NCBI RefSeq assembly: GCF_001545095.1 | Contig: NZ_CP013213.1 | Span: forward strand, 480,001-512,000 | Origin: Erysipelothrix larvae | GTDB taxonomy: Bacteria > Bacillota_I > Bacilli_A > Erysipelotrichales > Erysipelotrichaceae | Direction: 5' to 3' | Length of the DNA: 32,000 nucleotides | Translations under genes and position numbers: made by a program | Part shown: one piece after another, positions 24,223 through 32,000 of the stretch | How positions within the stretch are numbered: position 1 is the stretch's first letter | Layout: each line of letters begins with the position of its first letter | The notes under the pieces: generated by a model | The model's database searches: none | What the model saw: the letters and a program-made list of their open reading frames with translations, nothing else | Told to the model about the DNA's origin: nothing

Positions 24223-24645
24223 TTATTTAATCCGACGTTTGTGTCTGATAGATATGACAATAAGAACAAGACCTAAACCAATAAAGATTAAGTCCAAACT
24301 GTTAGTGCTTATTCCAAGTCCAGGAATTACTGTCTGTGGTTTTGGCACAAAGGGTTTGATTGGTTCTTGAGGTATGAGTACATTGGACACAATATAACCC
24401 GTCTTTGACTCACCGGTAATGTGTGTGCGATATCCAGATACAGCCTGCTCTTGGATTGTGTACTCAATTTCAACACCATGCTCATAAACCGGTAAGTTAT
24501 CAAAGGATGATGTCCATTGATTTGAGTCGTCCAATACGAGTGTCTGTTGTGTTGGGTGTCCATTTTGGTATAGTTCAATGCGTACAGGTGTTCGAAGTCC
24601 AAGCGCATTGTTATTGTCAATCCATACTTTTGAAACGGTGATTGA
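24223..24645 (-). pseudogene. last CnaB repeat plus cell-wall sorting-type signal, separated from the adhesin ORF by an in-frame TGA
   Basis: Same frame as 24646..31497. Translation directly after the TGA reads SITVSKVWIDNNNALGLR... (a further CnaB unit). It ends in a hydrophobic helix LDLIFIGLGLVLIVISI plus RHKRRIK. Confidence 0.75.
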
Positions 24646-26412
24646 TCATGTTTGTGGAATATGTGTATTGGTAATCACATACCCTTGGTCTACAGAACCC
24701 GTAATTGTTGAAGTGTACCCTTCCAGTGGTGTTTCAATCACCGTGTATTGGTAGCGTTGGTGATCGCCACCGGGTCTATAAAGGTAAAGGTCATCAAAGG
24801 ATGCAGTCCAGTTGTTTTCTTGTGAAAGCATCACGGTTTGGTCGCTTACCTTGCCATCGATTAAAAGGGTGATTTCCACTGCAGTACGTAAGTTATCACG
24901 GTTAGCGTCATCATCCCACACTTTCGTAATAGATACCTGTGTTTTTTCTGGAATGTGCGTGTTTGTTATGACATAACCTGCTTCTTGAGATCCTGTAATA
25001 CCTGCACTGTAACCTTCAATTTGTGTTTCTTCTACGGTATAAGAAATTAGTTCTTGATTACCTCCGGGTTTGTAAAGGTAAAGATCATCAAAGGTTACGG
25101 TCCAATTGTTTTCATCTGACACGATAAGTGTTTGATGGGTCGCTTCACCATCTGCATATAAAGTTACTTCAACTGCATGGCGAAGGGCATCTCTGTTGTC
25201 TTCATCAACCCACACTTTTGATACCGGTACGGATGTTTTGAGTGGGGTATGGGTATTGGTGATGACATAGCCTGTTTCTTGTGACCCTGTGATTTCACTG
25301 GTATAGCCTTCTACCTCCGTTTCGTTTACCGTGTAGAGGATTTGTTCGTGATTGCCACCAGGTCTATAAAGATAAAGGTTATCGAAGGATGCCATCCAAT
25401 TGGTTTCTTGGGATAGGATGCGTGTTTCGCCCGTCGCTTCACCATCTGCATACAACGTCACTTCAACTCCATGTCGAAGGGCATCATAGTCATCATCGTC
25501 AACCCAGGTTTTGGAAACGGTGACGGATGTTTTTTCAGGCATGTGAACGTTTGTAACTTTGTAACCATCATCATGGGATCCTGTGATGTCATAAAGATAA
25601 CCATCAAGATCCGTTTCTTTGACAGTATACTCAATGCGTTCATGTTGACCACCTGGCCTGTAAAGGTAAAGGTCATCAAAGGATGCAGTCCAATTGTTTT
25701 CTTCTGACAAGATCCGTGTTTGGTCGGTAGGTTGACCATCTTTATAGAGGGTAATCTCAACAGCTTCACGCAGTGCATCATAATCATCATCATCGTCCCA
25801 TACTTTTGAAACAACCACCTGTGTTTTGTCAGGGGTATGGGTATTTGTGACATTAAACTGGTCACTTGAAGTTTTTGTGACATCATTGGTATATCCTGTA
25901 ACACTGGTTTCCACAACAGTGTATACAACCGGTTGCATTTGACCACCGGGTTCATAAAGGTAAAGGTGATCAAAGGATGCAGTCCAATTATTTTCTTCTG
26001 ACAAGATCCGTGTTTGGTCGGTAGGTTGACCATCTTTATAGAGGGTAATCTCAACAGCTTCACGCAAGGCATCATAATTATCATCATCAACCCATGTCTT
26101 TGTGACGCTGATGGTGGTTTCTTCAGGTTTGTGTGTGTTTGTGACTACAAATCCATCATGTTGAGTGCCGGTGATGGTTGAATCATAGCCATCAAGCGAC
26201 ACTTCTTCAAGGGTATATACAACTTCAACACCTACAGATCCGGGTTTAAATTTATCCAGATTCTCAAATGAGCCCATCCAATGGGTGTCGTTTGTTAAGG
26301 TGATGGTTTTCCCCTTGAAGACACCATCTTCAAGAAGACGTATGACTACATCATCTCGAAGTGCATCATAGTCATCATCATCAACCCAGACTTTTGTGAC
26401 ATCAACCTGTGT
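24352..26412 (-). repeat. tandem 294-bp (98-codon) CnaB-coding repeats, 7 units including the one after the TGA
   Basis: Unit starts are recognisable as T[QST]V.V[ST]K[VT]W. Matching landmarks at 25681 and 25975 are 294 bp apart, and about 100 bp there is near-identical between the two units. Confidence 0.85.
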
Positions 26413-29400
26413 GCTTTGTGGGGTGTGCGTGTTGGTGATGGTCATCGTAAGGGTCTGGTCATCTTGAGTCACAACTGCGATGTATTCATGAACCTCAGAT
26501 TCACCAACGGTATAAACAAATGGGTTTGTTTCAGGACCATAAGGAAGCCCTGTAAAGCTAAAGGTCCAGTTTCCTGAGTCGTCAGGTGTTACGGTTTTTG
26601 TTTCGAGTGGAAGTGAAACAATCTCATCATTTTCAAGGGATTGGACATACAGTGTGACTTCAATGGATTCAGGGCGAAGGCCATCGCGATTGTTGTCATC
26701 ATCCCACACTTTTGTCCCATCGACTTGGACTTGATGGGTGTATGTGTTGGTCAATTCAAAGCCATCCATCGTTCCACTCAAGGAATCACTGTATCCAGTT
26801 GGTGTGCTTTCTTTGAGTGTATAGGAGATAAGTTCGCCCGCCTTATCGTATTTTGGAAGGGATGTAAAGGTGCCACTCCACAAAGGTGCACTCAGAACAA
26901 GGGTTCCTAATACTTGATTGGTTTTGGTATTTACTGCATTCACACTCACTGTTGATGGGCGTGTGCTCAATTTGTTCGCGTAGTCTATCCAAGCTTTTGT
27001 TACGGGAATACTGATGGTTGGGGAATCATAGGTATTGGTCAGTGTAAGCCCATTTGTAGTGGTGGTATAACCATTTGGTGTCCAAAGATTCCCATCTGCA
27101 TCCACTTCTTTCACAAAGAATGTATACGCTTCAACATTCTCATCGTAAAGTAGAATATTGGTCCAAGTTACCGTTTCAACACCACTCACGAGTTTTTTAA
27201 CAGCTTCATTAGGGACTTTTTCAGTCACATTGTTTGAGTCAGTACGCCACAGTTGTAACCAGATGGTTGGATTGTTTGGTGCCGTTGGTGCATTTAGGTT
27301 GTTCCAACGTTTTGTGGCATTGACACTGCCAACAAGGCGATCATTGGTAATCACCAATTGACCGTTGACACTGGTGAGTGCAGGGTTGTTTGACATCCAC
27401 GTTGCATCATTTAAAATGATTTGTGTTGCACCATTTGCGTCCCGTTCAATGATAAGTTTAAGATCAAGATTGGATGGAAGGGATACATACCCGGTTGGTG
27501 TCTTGATTTCTTTGATAAGATAACGCCCAGCACGTACGTTGGTTGTGATTAGCCCGTTTTCATCCGTAATCAGTGATGCATAGGTGTTGGTTACGGTGTT
27601 GTTTACACCGTTCACGCGTTGGAGTGTAAATTCCACATTCGCAATCGGTTTATTGCTTAAGCTGTCATTTTTTTGAATGCTGAGGGGTACCTTAGACCCA
27701 TCGCTTGCCGTTCCAATATACCATTTTTCTGTGCGTACTTCTTTACGGACAGTTTCAGTCCATGAGTAGTTGGAATAACCACGAATTCCTGCATTGTTGA
27801 CTACTGTGATAATGCCTTTCACACTGACATCAAGTTCAGTTTGGTAGGTCAATTTATACGTGTTATTGATTTGGTTTTTGCTTTCAGTATAGGTTGTTCC
27901 CCCAACATCAAGTGTGAAGTCTTTGAAGGTTAGGGTGAATGACTTGAGGGGTGCATCGCTATAGGTAATGACATAATTGTCTGGGGAAACTTCAACAGCT
28001 TCACCCGTTGGTGTAACCAACCAAACAACAAGGGATTCTTTAATAAAGTGGTGAAGACTGGTTGTGTTATCATTTCCAAGTTGATCAAAGATTGTCCCGT
28101 CTTTAATTGGTTGACGATCTGGATTAAGGGTAACATTCCAATCAATGATATCGGTTTGTTCATTTTGAACACCCGATTTTGAAGGATTGTTGTTTTGGTT
28201 ATTTTGGTAATATTTTATGGTTGCAAAATCACGCGCGATGATTTTGTTTTCTTCATCGAGATTGTCAGTAATGATCGCAAGGTTAAAATATCCCTCTTGA
28301 GATTCATAACCCTGAAATTTACGGTATGGATATTCAATGATTTCACTGCGGTAAGTCACTCTGTATTGGTAAGGCCCATCGGGAAGATCAACACTGAACG
28401 TTTGGTCGGAGGTGCTGAGTGTGAGTGAGTTGGTAATGTTAACATAACCCGAACTGGTTAAGCGTTCAATCACAATCGTATTGGCTAAGATTTTTTGGTC
28501 AGTGTTTGCAGTATCGCTATAAACAGGATTCACCAGGTTCATCAAGCCTGAATTCACAACAACTTGCCACTCTATTTCACGTGCTAAGACAAGGGAGTCT
28601 TTATTGAGAATTTGAATTGCATTCTTGTCAATTTGAAGGGTGCGCTTACTGACGGTATTGGTTGTTTGACTTGGTGTTGGGTGTCCAGTATATGCGTATG
28701 TCAACTTATTGATTGTGTCGACAAGTTCATCTTTAGGAGCAAGCTTTGTAGTGTATTTAATCCGATACACAACGGGGTTTGTTTTAGGGATTGTAAGGAC
28801 AAATCCAGGACCACTATACCCACTATCAGATGTGTCGTGATTGGATATTGTGTACAATGAAGTGGGTACCAGCGTTTCAACTTGACCGTTTACTTCATAA
28901 AGTTGGACGGGTGGGACAATTGTTGAAGTGAGGGGTTGCATCGTGTCTGTAAACACCAGGTTTTTGATCACATTTTTTTGTGAGTTAAAGGTGATTGTCC
29001 AATCAATGTAGCGATTGGTCCCTTCAGTTCGAACATTGGATGTTTTCGTTGCGGTAAGTTCACGAGGGTTTAAGGTTTTTGAGGTACTTTCAGTAGCACC
29101 ATGCCACGTTAAGGACACAGTATTATTGGTTGTGACATTATCAACCGGTGCACTTGTGATGTACACGATGGTATATTCTGTAGCCAGTGTATCGTGTGTA
29201 AAACTGAGTACGAACACTTTGCTGTTTAGATTCCAATTGAGGGTATAGTCAACACCTTCAACCAATTCAATTTCAACATTTGCACTGTTTCGATAGGATA
29301 TCTTAAGATGTTTGGTTGTGCTGTAGTTGATGAATGAAAGGTTGGCGTTAATGGTATCCGTTAACACTGCATTTTTTAAAATAAGACGGCTTGAATTGAA

Positions 29401-31425
29401 TTTCACAGTCCATTCGATATATTGGTCCCCTTGAGCAATGGTTTCATCGTATAAGAAACGACCATCTTTCGAAATCCCAGCTTTTGGACCTGTAATGGTT
29501 GCTTCTAGGATTCCCGTTTCCCCAGAAGGTGTGCCCGTTCCATTTCCACTGTCTCCATCTGGTGCATAGAAGAAGATCTTCGCATCATTCGCAACCTGTG
29601 GCTGTTGGATTCCAAGGTCAGTATAGGTGGTTCTATATTTTAAAACATAGGTTGCTGCACCGGCATTATTCAGGGTCAGTTTAAAACCATGTTGTCCATT
29701 AAGGGCATCATTTGATGTATGCACATAGTTTGTATCGATGGTATATTGGTTAGAATTGAGGGTGACATTATTGCGTGTCAAAACAAACGATCCATCGACA
29801 AGGTTGAAGTAATTGGAATTATAAAGATCGACAAGGCTGATGGTTCCAACATTAATTTTTTGTGGATTAATGGTGATGGTCCATGCAATGTAAGGAATGC
29901 CATTTTCAATCTTTTGATTCGCAACTTTAGTACCCGTAGGAATCGTGTTCACATTTACACTACCACTTGCGCCTTCAGTTAGTGGGTTTTCATCATCGAC
30001 TGTGTTGATGACTTTGCCTTCATAGCCCAGTGGAACACTGGATTCAAAGGTAATATCATAGGCTTTGCCATTTGAGTTCTGAATGGTTAGGGTAGACTCT
30101 GTTGGGTTGGTTTCGCTCACTGAAAGTGTATAATCAGTCACAACAGTTCTTGTGATGACGTTTCCAAGGCTGTTGAACGTAAGTTCTTCAATCCGTAGGG
30201 TACTTGGATTAACACTGCCATGACTTAAAATATCGTGTAATATGACATTACCCAGTGCATCCTCATCATAGTTGTAGTGAATGGTCCATACGATGGTATC
30301 GTAGATTGTATTGCCTGACCCATCTTTTTTTAGGGCTCCGGTTTTTGTGATTGTTGGATTGATGCTTCCCCAATTCACATGAATTGGATCAGCGTCAAGT
30401 GTTTCTTTTGATGTGGTTGTGCTCTCAACCGTTGCGCTGTTGTTAAGGGTTGAACTTGTTCCACGATCTCCTTGATCAAGTTTTGTGGTGTATTCAATTA
30501 GGTAGATATCTTCAATATCACCCAATGCCAAAACAAACCCATGAGCATTGAGGGTAATGAGATCTGAGGCATCGATGATGGTTTTAGTTTTATCACCATT
30601 TAAATTCTTTTTAATTTGAGTGATCACGATGTCATCAATGGATTCAATGGTTTGTCCATTTGATAAGGTATCGGTTACCACGACATCCTTAAGGGATTGC
30701 TTATCGGTATTAATCAGAATCGACCAATTTGCATGGGTAGGTCTTACAGTGGTTGGAATAAAGGTATCCCCACTATAAACACCTGTTTCACCCGTTTTGG
30801 TATCGACGTTTTCTAAGTCTTCAGAGAAATCGAGGGTGATGGTATAAGGTGCATCTTCTGAAAATGGAATGTTAATCTCTACTGTTTCTTCTTCGTTGAC
30901 ATAAGATTTATCAAAGGAGAAATCAATGTACAGTTCTGCGTAGCGTTCTGAGTAGTTGTTGATGTTATCGTTGAACGTCAAGGTTACCATACCATCTTCA
31001 CTCAAGGTGAAGCTTCCAACAACAACTAAGGTGCCATCATCGTTAATCATAATATCCTTTGTAGCATAACTGTTTGGCACTAAGCCATCTGGGATTTTGA
31101 ATTGGAATGTTGCATCCGTCGGAATGTTATCAGTCTCGAAAGGGTAATCATCCGATCGATGTTCTAAATCGAAGTGATAAATCATGGATACAGTTGCATT
31201 CTCGATTGAATCATAGTCAAGATGGAGGGTGTCGTTGTCGGATAACTCGTAGTCATGACCATCGACACTGACACTCACTGATGACAAGGCTCGATCAAGC
31301 CATAGCTCACGGGGGTCCCATATTCCAGATTGTAGCGAGGATATTTCAGCTTCTGCATAGATTGTGCTGAATCCCAAAAATATAACAACTAAACAAATCA
31401 GAATATGCTTTATTCGTTGTACCAC
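24646..31425 (-). CDS. giant collagen-adhesin-type surface protein (signal peptide, 7 collagen-binding-like modules, prealbumin-like domain, CnaB repeats)
   Basis: Likely start is the GTG at 31425, 8 nt after GAAGGAG (the ORF track starts at 31497). Signal peptide VVQRIKHILICLVVIFLGFSTIYAEA. Recurring [IV]xWx[IV]xxN motifs. C-terminal VTKVW..DDDDYDALR...NW..SF..L units. Confidence 0.85.
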   Translation of the reverse strand: MVQRIKHILICLVVIFLGFSTIYAEAEISSLQSGIWDPRELWLDRALSSVSVSVDGHDYELSDNDTLHLDYDSIENATVSMIYHFDLEHRSDDYPFETDNIPTDATFQFKIPDGLVPNSYATKDIMINDDGTLVVVGSFTLSEDGMVTLTFNDNINNYSERYAELYIDFSFDKSYVNEEETVEINIPFSEDAPYTITLDFSEDLENVDTKTGETGVYSGDTFIPTTVRPTHANWSILINTDKQSLKDVVVTDTLSNGQTIESIDDIVITQIKKNLNGDKTKTIIDASDLITLNAHGFVLALGDIEDIYLIEYTTKLDQGDRGTSSTLNNSATVESTTTSKETLDADPIHVNWGSINPTITKTGALKKDGSGNTIYDTIVWTIHYNYDEDALGNVILHDILSHGSVNPSTLRIEELTFNSLGNVITRTVVTDYTLSVSETNPTESTLTIQNSNGKAYDITFESSVPLGYEGKVINTVDDENPLTEGASGSVNVNTIPTGTKVANQKIENGIPYIAWTITINPQKINVGTISLVDLYNSNYFNLVDGSFVLTRNNVTLNSNQYTIDTNYVHTSNDALNGQHGFKLTLNNAGAATYVLKYRTTYTDLGIQQPQVANDAKIFFYAPDGDSGNGTGTPSGETGILEATITGPKAGISKDGRFLYDETIAQGDQYIEWTVKFNSSRLILKNAVLTDTINANLSFINYSTTKHLKISYRNSANVEIELVEGVDYTLNWNLNSKVFVLSFTHDTLATEYTIVYITSAPVDNVTTNNTVSLTWHGATESTSKTLNPRELTATKTSNVRTEGTNRYIDWTITFNSQKNVIKNLVFTDTMQPLTSTIVPPVQLYEVNGQVETLVPTSLYTISNHDTSDSGYSGPGFVLTIPKTNPVVYRIKYTTKLAPKDELVDTINKLTYAYTGHPTPSQTTNTVSKRTLQIDKNAIQILNKDSLVLAREIEWQVVVNSGLMNLVNPVYSDTANTDQKILANTIVIERLTSSGYVNITNSLTLSTSDQTFSVDLPDGPYQYRVTYRSEIIEYPYRKFQGYESQEGYFNLAIITDNLDEENKIIARDFATIKYYQNNQNNNPSKSGVQNEQTDIIDWNVTLNPDRQPIKDGTIFDQLGNDNTTSLHHFIKESLVVWLVTPTGEAVEVSPDNYVITYSDAPLKSFTLTFKDFTLDVGGTTYTESKNQINNTYKLTYQTELDVSVKGIITVVNNAGIRGYSNYSWTETVRKEVRTEKWYIGTASDGSKVPLSIQKNDSLSNKPIANVEFTLQRVNGVNNTVTNTYASLITDENGLITTNVRAGRYLIKEIKTPTGYVSLPSNLDLKLIIERDANGATQIILNDATWMSNNPALTSVNGQLVITNDRLVGSVNATKRWNNLNAPTAPNNPTIWLQLWRTDSNNVTEKVPNEAVKKLVSGVETVTWTNILLYDENVEAYTFFVKEVDADGNLWTPNGYTTTTNGLTLTNTYDSPTISIPVTKAWIDYANKLSTRPSTVSVNAVNTKTNQVLGTLVLSAPLWSGTFTSLPKYDKAGELISYTLKESTPTGYSDSLSGTMDGFELTNTYTHQVQVDGTKVWDDDNNRDGLRPESIEVTLYVQSLENDEIVSLPLETKTVTPDDSGNWTFSFTGLPYGPETNPFVYTVGESEVHEYIAVVTQDDQTLTMTITNTHTPQSTQVDVTKVWVDDDDYDALRDDVVIRLLEDGVFKGKTITLTNDTHWMGSFENLDKFKPGSVGVEVVYTLEEVSLDGYDSTITGTQHDGFVVTNTHKPEETTISVTKTWVDDDNYDALREAVEITLYKDGQPTDQTRILSEENNWTASFDHLYLYEPGGQMQPVVYTVVETSVTGYTNDVTKTSSDQFNVTNTHTPDKTQVVVSKVWDDDDDYDALREAVEITLYKDGQPTDQTRILSEENNWTASFDDLYLYRPGGQHERIEYTVKETDLDGYLYDITGSHDDGYKVTNVHMPEKTSVTVSKTWVDDDDYDALRHGVEVTLYADGEATGETRILSQETNWMASFDNLYLYRPGGNHEQILYTVNETEVEGYTSEITGSQETGYVITNTHTPLKTSVPVSKVWVDEDNRDALRHAVEVTLYADGEATHQTLIVSDENNWTVTFDDLYLYKPGGNQELISYTVEETQIEGYSAGITGSQEAGYVITNTHIPEKTQVSITKVWDDDANRDNLRTAVEITLLIDGKVSDQTVMLSQENNWTASFDDLYLYRPGGDHQRYQYTVIETPLEGYTSTITGSVDQGYVITNTHIPQT

Positions 31426-31729
31426 AAAAATCACTCCTTCTTTTTTATGTAAAATGCACATATTATTTTCCTGCACAAGAAAATATATTGAATTCATTTT
31501 ACGAATAAGAAAGAATTTTACATATCAATATCACGCATCTTTACTTAAATCATGACGGATTGCATGAAAAATGGGCATGGTTCAAGACTTTATTTGATTC
31601 CAAATTGTATAATGTCATGTTAAGTTCGACATAATTTCCATTAAAAAATCATAGTTATTATTTATTGCTTGACTTAGAGTTCACTTCAACAGATATAATG
31701 GGGGAGTATTTAAAAAGGAGCGAAGCACA

Positions 31730-32000
31730 ATGATACTAGAAACAATACAGAGTCCTCAAGATTTAAAAGCTTTATCTCACAGTGATCTTCATACGCTTGT
31801 AGATGAAGCACGTGAAGCACTCATTCAAAAAATCAGCCACCATGGTGGACACAGTGGTCCCAACTTAGGTGTTGTGGAAATGACGGTTGCACTGCATCGT
31901 GTGTTTGATTCACCAACGGATAAACTCATTTTTGATGTATCGCATCAAACATATGTTCATAAAATGTTGACAGGAAGGGCCTATAGTTTTTTGGATGTCT
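31730..32000 (+). CDS. dxs: 1-deoxy-D-xylulose-5-phosphate synthase, N-terminal part (runs off the window)
   Basis: My own translation: [20 protein letters not shown]...[45 protein letters not shown] (the DXS N-terminal signature). AAAGGAG Shine-Dalgarno. Not in the ORF track because no stop is reached. Confidence 0.85.
   Translation, partial: MILETIQSPQDLKALSHSDLHTLVDEAREALIQKISHHGGHSGPNLGVVEMTVALHRVFDSPTDKLIFDVSHQTYVHKMLTGRAYSFLDV

Noticed and set aside
24646-24648. The adhesin TGA read as Trp (Mollicutes-type code 4) or as selenocysteine.
   Set aside because: TGA ends the CoADR-RHD, CsoR-like and ZnuA-like genes at their expected lengths, so the code is standard. The aligned repeat position is Thr rather than Trp or Cys. 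I see no hairpin resembling a SECIS element just downstream.
25458-26090. 210-aa minus-strand ORF (MMMIIMMPCVK...) and several plus-strand ORFs inside the adhesin gene.
   Set aside because: They are alternative frames of the Asp-rich tandem repeats (GAT/GAC runs read as Met/Ile). They have no independent signals and are fully overlapped by the well-supported adhesin frame.
24352-27340. A regularly spaced repeat array that could be mistaken for a CRISPR or similar array.
   Set aside because: The period is 294 bp. The units are contiguous, with no unique spacers, and all lie in one long reading frame coding CnaB domains.
31675-31699. dxs promoter candidate TTGACT ... TATAAT with a 19-nt spacer, considered as a possible MerR-type regulated promoter.
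   Set aside because: There is no palindrome in the spacer and no link to the distant MerR gene. The spacing alone is insufficient evidence.

Overview
This 32-kb window looks like a chromosomal segment of a low-GC Gram-positive (Bacillota-type) bacterium: it has GGAGG Shine-Dalgarno sites, a lipobox lipoprotein and a sortase-style C-terminal anchor. All family calls rest on motifs read by eye; no searches were run.

Left to right:
- the 3' end of an ISL3-family IS (1-520);
- a housekeeping cluster of histidine phosphatase, MerR regulator, HAD hydrolase and NUDIX hydrolase;
- a two-gene heterodimeric ABC exporter whose first gene is split by a second, identical and complete copy of the same IS (4003-6527, 8-bp target duplication CTATTTAT);
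- a CoA-disulfide/persulfide reductase-rhodanese fusion translationally coupled to a CsoR/CstR-family repressor, behind a promoter carrying a CsoR-type GC-core palindrome;
- an orphan ZnuA/AdcA-type zinc-binding lipoprotein with an Asp-His repeat loop and a perfect 11-3-11 palindrome at its promoter;
- a membrane-anchored Ig-like/DD-carboxypeptidase;
- a run of DASS-type permease, TPR membrane protein and L-serine dehydratase (sdaAB/sdaAA) ending in tRNA-Arg(CCG);
- about 6 kb of accessory-looking genes downstream of the tRNA: a multiply frameshifted peptidase-like pseudogene, two unknown membrane-anchored proteins, VOC and PNPOx-like enzymes, an unknown small protein, and an orphan AAA_21/ABC-like ATPase with degenerate catalytic motifs;
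- a roughly 7.2-kb minus-strand collagen-adhesin-type surface protein gene (7 collagen-binding-like modules plus about 10 CnaB repeats) cut off from its own sorting signal by one in-frame TGA;
- the 5' end of dxs.

I see no CRISPR array, rRNA, integrase, prophage or recognisable multi-gene defence or biosynthetic cluster. The best candidates for something new are:
- the non-canonical CstR-like sensor module;
- the two-ORF ISL3 variant with subterminal CTTGGGG repeats;
- the orphan degenerate ATPase in the tRNA-proximal patch;
- the uncoupled adhesin.
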